The notes under the pieces are model-generated. The model saw only the letters and a program-made list of their open reading frames with translations, did no database searches and was not told the DNA's origin. From assembly GCA_029863245.1 (NCBI GenBank), contig JAOTVV010000002.1, positions 192,242 through 256,241 of the forward strand: a DNA stretch of 64,000 nt, read 5' to 3'. This document shows positions 1 to 10,024 of the stretch, in pieces. Position 1 is the stretch's first letter; each line of letters opens with the position of its first letter. Source of the stretch: Gemmatimonadota bacterium. GTDB lineage: Bacteria; Gemmatimonadota; Gemmatimonadetes; Gemmatimonadales; GWC2-71-9. A program made the translations under genes and the position numbers.

Positions 1-299
1 TCCAGATCGCCCCCCGATAGCGTCAGGGTGCCGTTTCGGAGCGAGAAGTTATAGGCGAGCCATTCTCCCCCGATTGCCAGGTACACCGTATCTGACGCGA
101 TTCGCCAGCGCACGATCTCGTCACCGAAGCTCGCCGACGAATCGGGTCGGACGATGACCGTGATGGGGCCGTCCGGGGAGTCGGCTTGCCAGGTCCCCGA
201 CAGGTCGGGCAGCTTGGAGGCTGAAGGACCCTGGGCGGCAACGGGATAGGGCGTTGCCAACGCCAGAATCGCAGCGGCGACCAGCCAGGGAGCCTTCAT
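1..299 (-). CDS. hypothetical secreted protein, N-terminal part only (gene runs off the left edge)
   Basis: Absent from the ORF track because there is no stop in the window. My translation from the ATG at 299-297 gives MKAPWLVAAAILALATPYPVAAQGPSASKLPDLSGTWQADSPDG..., a signal-peptide-like N-terminus with GC3 about 75%. Divergent from the next gene. Confidence 0.5.
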   Translation of the reverse strand, partial: MKAPWLVAAAILALATPYPVAAQGPSASKLPDLSGTWQADSPDGPITVIVRPDSSASFGDEIVRWRIASDTVYLAIGGEWLAYNFSLRNGTLTLSGGDL

Positions 300-376
300 C
301 GAAACACCTTTCGCCACAGATGGTTACGCTCGACCCACACGCATGCGACCTAATATACACCCTGAGGAGGAGTTGG

Positions 377-1366
377 ATGCGTCTCACCGTCGTCTTGACC
401 GTCGCCCTCACCGCGCCGGCCCTCGCACAGGACTCGCCGGCCAGCCCCGTCCATACCTACTCCATCGTGGCCATGGATTCGGCGAGCGGCGAAATCGGCG
501 TGGCGGTGCAGTCCCACTGGTTCTCGGTCGGCAGTGTGGTCCCGTGGGCCGAGCCCGGGGTCGGCGCCGTGGCGACCCAGTCGTTCGTGAATCCCTCCTA
601 TGGTCCGCGGGGCCTGTATTTGATGCGGACGGGTACGCCGGCGCCTGAGGCGCTGGCCGCCCTGCTCCGCGCCGATCCGGACAGTCAGGTCCGTCAGGTC
701 GCGATGATCGATGCCGCCGGGCGCGTCGCGGCTCATACGGGATCGCGCGACATCCCTGCGGCCGGCCACTCCCAGGGTCGCCACTATTCGGTGCAGGCCA
801 ACCTCATGCGCAACGTGACGGTGTGGCCCGCAATGGCCCGCGCATTCGAGACGACCACGGGCGATCTGGCGGATCGCCTGTTGGCGGCGCTCGACGCGGG
901 CGAGGCTGCCGGGGGCGACATCCGCGGCAAGCAGTCGGCGGCACTCATGGTGGTGAGCGGCGACCCGACCGACCCGCCCTGGGAGCGGATCTTCGATCTC
1001 CGCGTGGAGGACCATCCGGATCCCCTGGGCGAACTGCGGCGCCTGTTGCGCGTCGCGCGCGCGTACCGGGCCGCAACGGACGGCGATAACTTCGTGGCCG
1101 CCGGCCAGATCGACCAGGCTCTCGAGAGCTACCGCCTGGCGTCCACCATCCTCCCCGACTCGGCGACGAATGGCGAGCTGATCTACTGGGTGGCCGTGAC
1201 CCTGGCCGATCTCGGCCGCGTGGACGAGGCCATCCCGCTGTTCCGTCGGTCCTTCCGCCAAGACGTCGGCTGGGCCGAGCTCCTGCCGCGCCTGCCAGGG
1301 GTTGGTCTGCTTCGGGCCGATCGGGCGACGATCGACCGGATCCTGCGCGAGGGTCGGCGCGAGTGA
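377..1366 (+). CDS. DUF1028 (Ntn-hydrolase-like) family protein with signal peptide and TPR-like C-terminus
   Basis: ORF 254..1366 trimmed to the ATG at 377, which is preceded by GAGGAGGAG. MRLTVVLTVALTAPALAQ is a signal peptide. The TYSIVAMD..GEIGVAVQS motif is typical of DUF1028. The longer start would overlap the divergent gene at 1-299. Confidence 0.75.
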   Translation: MRLTVVLTVALTAPALAQDSPASPVHTYSIVAMDSASGEIGVAVQSHWFSVGSVVPWAEPGVGAVATQSFVNPSYGPRGLYLMRTGTPAPEALAALLRADPDSQVRQVAMIDAAGRVAAHTGSRDIPAAGHSQGRHYSVQANLMRNVTVWPAMARAFETTTGDLADRLLAALDAGEAAGGDIRGKQSAALMVVSGDPTDPPWERIFDLRVEDHPDPLGELRRLLRVARAYRAATDGDNFVAAGQIDQALESYRLASTILPDSATNGELIYWVAVTLADLGRVDEAIPLFRRSFRQDVGWAELLPRLPGVGLLRADRATIDRILREGRRE

Positions 1367-1404
1367 GGGCGGTGGTCCCTTCGCCGCGGCATCCGAACGG
1401 AAAA

Positions 1405-1429
1405 GCGCCCCGGGGAGTCCCCGGGGCGC
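1405..1429. terminator. bidirectional intrinsic terminator between convergent DUF1028 gene and groEL
   Basis: Perfect 11-bp stem GCGCCCCGGGG-agt-CCCCGGGGCGC, flanked by AAAA (1401-1404) and a T-rich GTGTTCTTCC (1431-1440). Confidence 0.6.
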
Positions 1430-1465
1430 CGTGTTCTTCCCGCCAGTGCGTCCTGACGGTGCGGC

Positions 1466-3100
<1,635 letters not shown>

Positions 3101-3119
3101 GCGTGTTACCCCCTTAACG

Positions 3120-3434
3120 TCACTCGACTATGGCGAGGACGTCAGATTCCTTGATGATGAGATACTCGTCGTTGGCGATGCGCACTTCCGTGCCCGCATA
3201 CTTGCTGTACAGCACCTTCTGACCGGTGTGGAGCTCCATGGGAACCCGCTGGCCCTTCTCGATTCGGCCCGGGCCGGCGGCCAGCACCTCGCCTTGGAGC
3301 GGCTTCTCCTTCGCCGTGTCGGGGATGTACAGCCCGCCACGCATGTCCTCTGTCTCCTCGAGGGGCCGGATCAGGACCCGGTCGCCAAGAGGCTTGATGT
3401 TGAGCTTGGCCTTGGATTTCGTCGCGGTGGCCAT
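3120..3434 (-). CDS. groS: co-chaperonin GroES
   Basis: ORF 3120..3497 trimmed to the ATG at 3434 (GGAGG upstream). Sequence reads [18 protein letters not shown]...GEVLAAGPG. The longer start would lie inside the CIRCE operator. Confidence 0.95.
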   Translation of the reverse strand: MATATKSKAKLNIKPLGDRVLIRPLEETEDMRGGLYIPDTAKEKPLQGEVLAAGPGRIEKGQRVPMELHTGQKVLYSKYAGTEVRIANDEYLIIKESDVLAIVE

Positions 3435-3486
3435 GTGCACGTGCCTCCGATTCGTAAACGGTTGAACTGTAATGCGTTGTTGGCTT

Positions 3487-3513
3487 GTAGCACTCACTAC
3501 CGGAGAGTGCTAA
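3487..3513. promoter_or_regulatory. CIRCE operator (HrcA binding site) of groES-groEL
   Basis: gTAGCACTC-actaccgga-GAGTGCTAA versus the consensus TTAGCACTC-N9-GAGTGCTAA: 17/18 match with exact N9 spacing, 53 nt upstream of the groES start. Confidence 0.85.
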
Positions 3514-3521
3514 TGGCGGGA

Positions 3522-3549
3522 AAGATATGCACCGCGGCCGGGGTGTCAA
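3522..3549 (-). promoter_or_regulatory. sigma70-type promoter of groESL
   Basis: Minus strand reads TTGACA-N16-TATCTT, ending 8 nt before CIRCE. This is the classical promoter-then-CIRCE arrangement. Confidence 0.5.
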
Positions 3550-3796
3550 GTGGCGGAGAGGGTTTCTTGTGGAGTGCAGGACGGTGCCGGCGGGCGTCCC
3601 CCCCCCGTTACGGGCCCTGCTGAGCGGTCACGCCGGCCGGCACGGCGGCGCTCTTCAGCCATAGCTTCATGGGGGGCCGAGTCCTCGCTTCAATCGCTCT
3701 CGAGCTCTACCTCGAGGCCGTGCGCCGTTCGGTTCGGGCACCAACGCGATCTACGGCATCAGGCGACTGGCCGGGTCGACGTCGCTGTGGCGACCC

Positions 3797-4813
3797 TCAG
3801 TGGAGAATCCTCCGCGCCGCCACCCAGCGGTCGCGCCACCATCGCGCCTCGGGGTCACTCGCGTCCAGGCCGGAGAGCCGGACCCCCCCCGACGAGCTAT
3901 GGATGAACTGGCCGTCGCCGACATAGAGGCCCACATGGCTGACCCCGCCACCGCCCTCACTGAACGCGAGAATGTCTCCTAGGTTCAGTGCCGCCACCCT
4001 GCGCTCCACCTGGACCCCCTGGCGGGCCTGATCGCGGCTCATTCGCGGTAGGACGATGCCGTGCTCCCCATAGGCCCACTGGATCAGGCCAGAGCAGTCG
4101 TACCCAGTGGCATCGCTCCCTCCCCAGCGATACGGAGACCCCATCGCCTCGAGCGCCGTGCGGACCACGCTGGCCCCGACTCGAGCGACGTCGTCCGGCA
4201 CGCTTCCGTCCTCGACCGGGCGCACCTCCGGAACCGGACGCGGGGACGGGGGTGGGGGCATCGGCACCCCCCCGCTGCTGCGGGGCGTCCGGGATCGGCG
4301 CAGGCGTCCACCCACGACGACGCGACCCGCCAACGAGAACCCCCGTCTATCCAGAGGATCCAGTCTCCAAAACCCGCTCACCCCGGAGTCCTCGACACGG
4401 TACCGGCCCTCGAGGCCGATGGCGAAGAACGGGAGGATGGGGAACGTGTAGCCAATGCCCGCGCTCCACGACGCATCCGCATTCCCGTCGTCGTGATCGA
4501 TGCCCAGGCCGACACTGCCTAGCCCGTACCATCCGCGGCTCCGCTGCCCCACCGTGAGCACCAGCTCCGCACCGGTTTGCGTGCGGTCAATCGGGGCACC
4601 GCCGTCGTCGAGATAGAACCCGCCGAGACCGAATCCGAGAGGCCCGAACAGAGACCGATCGTAGGCAAACCCGTAGTGGACGCTCGTCTGGTCATGCCAC
4701 CAGGCACCGTAGGAAAGGCTCACGCTTCTTCCCTGCGCGACGAGGGAGGAAGGCCACAGGAGGGCGAGCACGGGTGTCAGCGCGAGGAGGCCGACGAGGC
4801 GGTAGCTGGGCAC
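3797..4813 (-). CDS. outer-membrane beta-barrel / NlpC-P60 peptidoglycan endopeptidase fusion protein
   Basis: Signal peptide, then about 170 aa of alternating aromatic/Gly strands (OmpA/OmpW-like barrel), then a Pro-rich linker. The C-terminal part is NlpC/P60 (YRWGGSDATGYDCSGL ... HVGLYVGDGQFIHS). Confidence 0.8.
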   Translation of the reverse strand: MPSYRLVGLLALTPVLALLWPSSLVAQGRSVSLSYGAWWHDQTSVHYGFAYDRSLFGPLGFGLGGFYLDDGGAPIDRTQTGAELVLTVGQRSRGWYGLGSVGLGIDHDDGNADASWSAGIGYTFPILPFFAIGLEGRYRVEDSGVSGFWRLDPLDRRGFSLAGRVVVGGRLRRSRTPRSSGGVPMPPPPSPRPVPEVRPVEDGSVPDDVARVGASVVRTALEAMGSPYRWGGSDATGYDCSGLIQWAYGEHGIVLPRMSRDQARQGVQVERRVAALNLGDILAFSEGGGGVSHVGLYVGDGQFIHSSSGGVRLSGLDASDPEARWWRDRWVAARRILH

Positions 4814-4878
4814 GATGGCGTAACTTACATAGTAGCAACATCATAGGTGAAGGTCAACGACGCTCGTCACGCCCGTGC

Positions 4879-4907
4879 TTGACGACGCTTCCGAGCCCCG
4901 CTTAACT
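4879..4907 (+). promoter_or_regulatory. putative sigma70-type promoter of queD (near-leaderless)
   Basis: TTGACG-N17-TTAACT. The -10 element ends 8 nt before the queD ATG and there is no Shine-Dalgarno. Confidence 0.35.
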
Positions 4908-4915
4908 ACCTCCCC

Positions 4916-5326
4916 ATGCCAACTCTCACCGTCACGCGTCGGGTACACTTCAATGCGGCGCACCGGCTTCATAACCCGAAGCTCTCCGATGCTGACAATC
5001 GCCGGGTTTTCGGACCGTGCAACAACCCGAACTACCACGGCCACAACTACGAGTTGGACGTCTCGGTTGAAGGCGAGGTGGATCCTACGACGGGATACGT
5101 TGCGGATCTGGGCGAGGTGAAGCGGATCGTAGAGGAGCTGGTCCTCAGCCGCTTCGACCACAAGAACCTGAACCTCGACGTCTCGGAGTTTCGGGAACGC
5201 AATCCGACCACCGAGAACCTGGTAGTCGCGATCTGGGAGATACTCGAAGGGCGTCTCCCCGGGAGGCTCACGCGTCTGATCCTCTGGGAGACGCCCCGCA
5301 ACTACGTGACGTACGAGGGCCGCTAA
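4916..5326 (+). CDS. queD: 6-carboxy-5,6,7,8-tetrahydropterin synthase (6-pyruvoyl-tetrahydropterin synthase family)
   Basis: 136 aa with the PTPS/QueD signature FNAAHRL...GPCNNPNYHGHNY...DHKNLN. Confidence 0.9.
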   Translation: MPTLTVTRRVHFNAAHRLHNPKLSDADNRRVFGPCNNPNYHGHNYELDVSVEGEVDPTTGYVADLGEVKRIVEELVLSRFDHKNLNLDVSEFRERNPTTENLVVAIWEILEGRLPGRLTRLILWETPRNYVTYEGR

Positions 5327-5342
5327 CGCGAATCGGCTGCCG

Positions 5343-5894
5343 CTAGGCGGGCCAGAGCCAGCCGAACATCCCTCCGGTCAGGCCGGCGTACACGAGCGAC
5401 TCGAACAGGAGTTTCCCGGTCGAGTTCCACGGCTTCCCAAACCAGATCGAATCGGGCACCGCCCCAAAGAAGTGCGCCGTCCATGCGGTCGCGCCGGCGA
5501 CCCGGAACACCGCCAGGTAGGGCGCGCCCGGGTCCAGCGTCCGGCTCGCGAGGTAGGCGACCACCACACCGATCACCACGTAGTGGAGTAGCGAAAGCAG
5601 CATCGCCTTCCCCATCCCGGGTCGTCCGGGCGGGAGGATCCGCACGAATCCCACCGGCCCCTCCTCGGTTCTTCGCACAAACTCGGGATCTTTGGCAGCG
5701 GCAGCCCCTTTGGCAAAGGGCAGCTGGTACTCCCCCGGTGGGGCCTTGAGCGCTTTCCGTGCCGCCTCCTCGTCGGGCAGCTCCTTGAACTCGGAGCGGC
5801 GATGCGGCATCACCGTCCACACAATCGCGCTGGCGATCCAGACCGCCACCGCCGAGAGGAGGATCGGCAGCCAGAGGGAGGGTATCGAGATCAT
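5343..5894 (-). CDS. hypothetical integral membrane protein
   Basis: Only the last 183 aa of track ORF 5343..6776 are credible; the rest is antisense to mdh. ATG at 5894 with GGAGAC upstream, 4 hydrophobic segments. Confidence 0.6.
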   Translation of the reverse strand: MISIPSLWLPILLSAVAVWIASAIVWTVMPHRRSEFKELPDEEAARKALKAPPGEYQLPFAKGAAAAKDPEFVRRTEEGPVGFVRILPPGRPGMGKAMLLSLLHYVVIGVVVAYLASRTLDPGAPYLAVFRVAGATAWTAHFFGAVPDSIWFGKPWNSTGKLLFESLVYAGLTGGMFGWLWPA

Positions 5895-5986
5895 GGGGTG
5901 TCTCCGGGAGGTGGGAAGTCGTGCAGGAAAATACGGCCTGGCGCTTGGGGCGCCAGGCCGTATCGATCGGTCCGGGCGGGCGTCGC

Positions 5987-6913
5987 CTACAACTCGACCA
6001 CGCTCATCGTCTCCCGCACCGCGTCGGCCGACTTGACGAGAGCAGCCTTCTCCTCGGCGCTGAGCTCGATCTCGACGATTCGCTCCACACCGCCCGCCCC
6101 GAGCAGGCATGGCACACCCACGAACACGTCTTTCATGCCGAACTCCCCTTCCAGCCATGCCGCACACGGCAGCAGCCGCTTCTTGTCTTTCACGATGGCC
6201 TCGACCATCTGCACGGCGCCTGACGACGGGGCGTAGTAGGCGGAGCCGGTCTTGAGTAGGCTCACGATCTCGCCCCCACCCTTGCGAGTGCGCTCCACGA
6301 TCGGATCGAGCGCGCTCTGCTTGATGAACTGCGTGATGGGGATGCCGGACACCGTCGTGTACGAGATGAGCGGCACCATCGAGTCGCCGTGTCCACCGAG
6401 CACCATGGCCTGAATGTCGTCGACCGACACGCCGATCGCTTGCGCCAGGAACGTGCGGAACCGTGCCGTGTCGAGGATCCCGGCCATGCCCATGACACGC
6501 TCGCGCGGGAACCCGGTCACCTTCTTCGCCACGTAGCACATCACGTCGAGCGGGTTCGACACGACGATGATCATTGCCTTGGGCGCCACTTTCTTGATCT
6601 CGGCGGCAACTGATTGCACGATCCCTGCATTCGTCTTCACGAGGTCGTCGCGGCTCATGCCGGGTTTGCGCGGAATGCCCGCGGTCACGACGAAGAGGTC
6701 GCTGCCCTTGGCCGGACCGTAGTCGTTGGCACCAATGATCCGGGTGTCGAACCCCTCCACCGGACCCGACTGCCACTGGTCGAGCGCCTTTCCCTGCGGA
6801 GTCCCTTCCAGGATGTCGACGAGGACGATCTCACGCGCCAGTTCCTTCTCTGCCAGGCGCTGCGCCGTCGTTGCGCCGACGTGACCCGCTCCCACTACCG
6901 TGATCTTGTTCAT
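5987..6913 (-). CDS. mdh: malate dehydrogenase (LDH-like, NAD-dependent)
   Basis: 308 aa: [17 protein letters not shown]...[15 protein letters not shown]...GGHGD. Confidence 0.95.
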   Translation of the reverse strand: MNKITVVGAGHVGATTAQRLAEKELAREIVLVDILEGTPQGKALDQWQSGPVEGFDTRIIGANDYGPAKGSDLFVVTAGIPRKPGMSRDDLVKTNAGIVQSVAAEIKKVAPKAMIIVVSNPLDVMCYVAKKVTGFPRERVMGMAGILDTARFRTFLAQAIGVSVDDIQAMVLGGHGDSMVPLISYTTVSGIPITQFIKQSALDPIVERTRKGGGEIVSLLKTGSAYYAPSSGAVQMVEAIVKDKKRLLPCAAWLEGEFGMKDVFVGVPCLLGAGGVERIVEIELSAEEKAALVKSADAVRETMSVVEL

Positions 6914-7440
6914 GGTTCGTTCCCGTGTTGTGCACTGAGGTTGGCTGACGAATGGGGAGGGTCGGGACGCGCGCGGTCGATCGGAACGGCCATTTGTCGG
7001 ATCGCTTCGTACAGCACGATCCCGGCGGCCGTCGCCAGATTGAGGCTGCGGACGGCCGGACCCATCGGAATGCGGAAGATCTCGTCGGGGTGTTTGTCCA
7101 GAATCCGCCGCGGCATCCCGTCCGTCTCACTGCCGAACACCAGGACGCTGTTCGGCGAAAAGGGAGCGTTCAAATACGATCGCGTCCCGTGCGAAGAGAA
7201 ATATAGGCACCGCTCACGCGAGACGACATGACGGAACCCGCGCCAATGGGGGTGGACCCAGAGATCAACCTCATCCCAGTAGTCCAGGCCGGCGCGCCTG
7301 AGCTGCGCATCGTCGAGGCCGAAGCCCAGGGGCTCGATGAGGTGCAGCGCCGTATCGGTTGCGGCGCACATCCGGGCGATGTTGCCCGTGTTGGGGGGGA
7401 TCCGCGGTTCGATCAACGCGATCGACAGTCCCATCACCAC
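6910..7440 (-). CDS. trmL: tRNA (cytidine/uridine-2'-O-)-methyltransferase, SpoU/TrmL family
   Basis: 176 aa: [14 protein letters not shown]...LVFGSETDG...[16 protein letters not shown]. Its stop overlaps the mdh start by 4 nt. Confidence 0.85.
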   Translation of the reverse strand: MVMGLSIALIEPRIPPNTGNIARMCAATDTALHLIEPLGFGLDDAQLRRAGLDYWDEVDLWVHPHWRGFRHVVSRERCLYFSSHGTRSYLNAPFSPNSVLVFGSETDGMPRRILDKHPDEIFRIPMGPAVRSLNLATAAGIVLYEAIRQMAVPIDRARPDPPHSSANLSAQHGNEP

Positions 7441-7470
7441 ACCTCCAGCGGCCCGCTCCGTCGGCGTCGG

Positions 7471-7848
7471 TCAGGCGTCTCGCCACTGTGCGGTCCCGTC
7501 GTCGAACCGCTCGCGTTTCCACACCGGTAGCCGCCGCTTGGCTTCTTCGATCAGGAAGCGACCGGCCTCGAACGCCTGCGCTCGGTGTGGGGCAGCGGCC
7601 ACGATCCCAATACTGGCTTCTCCCGTCGGCACCGCCCCGAGGCGGTGTCGAGCCGCAAAACCCGCCTCCGGCCACCTCGCGCGCGCTTCCTCGATGATAC
7701 GATCGAACTCGGCGACGACCATCGCCTCGTAAGCCGTGTACTCGATGGCGGTCACGGGACCATCATCCGGCCCGCGGCGAACCGTCCCGAGAAATGCAAC
7801 CGCGCCCCCACGCTCCGGCGCCGAGACCTCCGCAAGGAGGGCAGCCAC
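7471..7848 (-). CDS. moaE: molybdopterin synthase catalytic subunit MoaE
   Basis: 125 aa, GTG start: GAVAFLGTVR...IEYTAYEAM...APHRAQAFEAGRFLIEEAK...PVWKRE. The homologous region seems to extend a few codons upstream (no ATG/GTG/TTG there), so the start is uncertain. Confidence 0.85.
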   Translation of the reverse strand: MAALLAEVSAPERGGAVAFLGTVRRGPDDGPVTAIEYTAYEAMVVAEFDRIIEEARARWPEAGFAARHRLGAVPTGEASIGIVAAAPHRAQAFEAGRFLIEEAKRRLPVWKRERFDDGTAQWRDA

Positions 7849-7879
7849 GTCGATCGGCTCCCGGGTAAGGTAGTCCAGA

Positions 7880-8164
7880 TCACCCCCCCGCCAGCGGTGG
7901 CAGCAGCGCCAGCTCGTCTCCGTCGCGAAGTTGTCGGTCCAATTGACTGTGCTCGAGATTGACGGCGGCGAGGGGGGCGGCCGGTAGCAGGTCGCCCTGC
8001 TCCAATCGACTGCGGAGGGTTGCGATCGCCTCTCCCACCGTTGCGGTTTCGGGAAGCGTCAACGTGAGCTGGTCCCGGCCCAGCAGCTCGGCATAGCGCG
8101 CAAACAAGCGGCACTCGATAGTGATCGACGCGCGCGGCGTTCGGGGGTCCGCAATGAGAGACAT
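7880..8164 (-). CDS. moaD: molybdopterin synthase sulfur-carrier subunit MoaD
   Basis: ORF 7880..8251 trimmed to the ATG at 8164. Ubiquitin-like protein of about 94 aa ending ...LALLPPLAGG (C-terminal GG), directly upstream of moaE. Confidence 0.8.
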   Translation of the reverse strand: MSLIADPRTPRASITIECRLFARYAELLGRDQLTLTLPETATVGEAIATLRSRLEQGDLLPAAPLAAVNLEHSQLDRQLRDGDELALLPPLAGG

Positions 8165-8250
8165 GGCTAAGCGGAATATAGCCCGTCCCCGATGCGTCGA
8201 GCAGGCCACCTTTCTTGGAGGCCGACGAATCTTGACACCGCTCGGCATCA
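8165..8250 (-). promoter_or_regulatory. candidate Moco-riboswitch-like leader of moaD-moaE (tentative)
   Basis: The minus-strand leader contains GCCGAGCGG...CGGCCUCCAAGAAAGGUGGCC...CCGCUUAGCC-AUG. The GCCUCC and GAAAGGUG blocks recall the Moco RNA motif, and the 5' GCCGAGCGG can pair with CCGCUUAGC abutting the AUG. There is no SD. Recalled from memory, not modelled. Confidence 0.25.
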
Positions 8251-8317
8251 CAACGAGCTTCCCAGTCCTCGCGGACGCAAATACGCTTCGTCAACCCCAT
8301 CAACAGAAGGACCGGAG

Positions 8318-10024
8318 ATGCTGAGAGCACGCGCTCGCTTTTTCTACGCCGCGGCGGCCGTGACGGTTGGAACTCTTCTGGCTCCTCGAACCGTCATCGC
8401 CCAGTTCACCGAGCCTCCGCCAGCACCGGCCTACGCGCTGACCGGGGTCACCCTGATTCGCCCCGATGGCAGCCGCCTGGCCAGTCAAACGATCGTCGTC
8501 CGGAACGGGTTCATCCAGACAATGGGAGCAGACGTGGCGGTGCCGCCTGATGCCGAGCTACTGGCCGGCGATTCGCTGATGGTCTTCCCAGGGATGATCG
8601 ATGCTCAAGGAGCAGCGAAGGTGGAGTTCCCCGAGGTGGAGATCAACCGTCAGGAAATCGAACCCTGGAATCCGCCCCGGGCCGTTCAGGGATTCATGCC
8701 GCATCGCCGGGTCGCGGATTTCCTCACGGCCACGGGGAAAGACCTCGAGAAGCAGCGCCTCGGGGGCGTCGTCGCGGGTGCCGTCCATCCCGACGGACCT
8801 GTGATGCCCGGTCGCGGCGCCGTGCTGGTCAACCGGAAGGGTGCCGACGTCCCGACTGGTCTGGTACTCAATCCAGAGCTGGGGCCCGTGTTTACGCTGC
8901 AGGGAGCGCGAGGGGCGTATCCGGGCACGCTGTTCGCGGTGGCGGCGTTCATTCGCCAGAGCCTCGAAGACGCCCGCCACCACGGGGCGCATGTGGCAGC
9001 CTACCGGCGCGATCCTCGCGGCGTGGCCGCACCGCCCTGGGATCCCGACTACGAAGTGCTTCGCACGGTGATGACCGGCCAAGTGCCGGTGTTCTTTGCC
9101 GCCGACAAGGCGGAGGACATTCGATTGGTGCTGCGGCTGGCCGAAGAGTACGGCTTTTCGCCCATCATCATGGGCGGAGACGAAGCATGGAAGGTTTCCG
9201 GCCCCCTGAAGCGGCGGAACGTCCCGGTGCTCGTATCCTTGGATTTCCCCGAGCCGAAGCAGTGGAAGCCCGAGAAGAAGAAGCCCGAGGCTGATCAGCC
9301 CGATTCGGTTGCCCCGCAGGCGCCGAAGCCGCTCGATGCCGCGGCCGAACGCGAGAAGCGGGATCTCGAGCAGCTGTACGCCAACCCGGGGAAACTCGCA
9401 GCGGCGGGGGTGCGGTTTGCGCTCACCAGCGGAGGCGGGAAGGCCGACCTGCGGGGAGGTGCGCGCAAAGCGATCGAGTACGGTCTGGGTGAGGCGGACG
9501 CGCTCCGCGCCCTCACCGTCACGCCGGCCGAACTCCTGGGTGCCCCATCCCTGACCCGGATCGAAAGCGGGCTACCGGCGACGTTCGTCGTGGCTGACGG
9601 TCCTCTCTTCGCCGAAGAGACCAAGATCGCGTACACATTCGTCGAAGGAGCACTGGATCGGGGCAAGCCGAGCGCCAAGCCGGGGAGCGGTGAGGCCCCC
9701 GCCGTCGACATGACGGGTACCTGGACGGTCGACATCGACGCGGGCGGCGAGGGCATGGGCGGCAGGATGACGCTCGAGCAGGACGGGGCCGAATTCAGCG
9801 GCACCCTGGTCATCGACATGGGGACCATGCAGATCCAGAGCGGCGCTGTCTCAGGCACGTCTTTCACGTGCACGTGGGTGCTGAGCGTAGGTGGCGAGAC
9901 GATGGAGTTCGACGTCAAGGGGACCGTCGAGGGAGACGAGGCATCAGGAACCGGCGGCGGCCCAATGGGTGACTTCTCATGGAAGGCACGGCGTACCGGC
10001 ACGCCCGAGAGGGGGAACGAATGA
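8318..10024 (+). CDS. secreted amidohydrolase-fold protein with degenerate metal site and a C-terminal beta-rich domain
   Basis: ORF 8192..10024 trimmed to the ATG at 8318 (GGAG upstream), with a signal peptide ...LLAPRTVIAQ. Amidohydrolase-like PGMID motif, but HxH is replaced (PGMIDAQGAAK). Paralogous to the C-terminal half of the next protein. Confidence 0.75.
   Translation: MLRARARFFYAAAAVTVGTLLAPRTVIAQFTEPPPAPAYALTGVTLIRPDGSRLASQTIVVRNGFIQTMGADVAVPPDAELLAGDSLMVFPGMIDAQGAAKVEFPEVEINRQEIEPWNPPRAVQGFMPHRRVADFLTATGKDLEKQRLGGVVAGAVHPDGPVMPGRGAVLVNRKGADVPTGLVLNPELGPVFTLQGARGAYPGTLFAVAAFIRQSLEDARHHGAHVAAYRRDPRGVAAPPWDPDYEVLRTVMTGQVPVFFAADKAEDIRLVLRLAEEYGFSPIIMGGDEAWKVSGPLKRRNVPVLVSLDFPEPKQWKPEKKKPEADQPDSVAPQAPKPLDAAAEREKRDLEQLYANPGKLAAAGVRFALTSGGGKADLRGGARKAIEYGLGEADALRALTVTPAELLGAPSLTRIESGLPATFVVADGPLFAEETKIAYTFVEGALDRGKPSAKPGSGEAPAVDMTGTWTVDIDAGGEGMGGRMTLEQDGAEFSGTLVIDMGTMQIQSGAVSGTSFTCTWVLSVGGETMEFDVKGTVEGDEASGTGGGPMGDFSWKARRTGTPERGNE

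Noticed and set aside
4814-4915. preQ1 riboswitch upstream of queD
   Set aside because: The spacer is only ~100 nt and is shared with a divergent gene. I saw no preQ1-type hairpin with an A-rich tail. A promoter placed right at the ATG fits better.
5343-6776. 477-aa minus-strand ORF
   Set aside because: The upstream 294 codons are an off-frame reading of mdh (Arg/Gly-rich junk). Only the C-terminal 183-aa membrane protein is credible.
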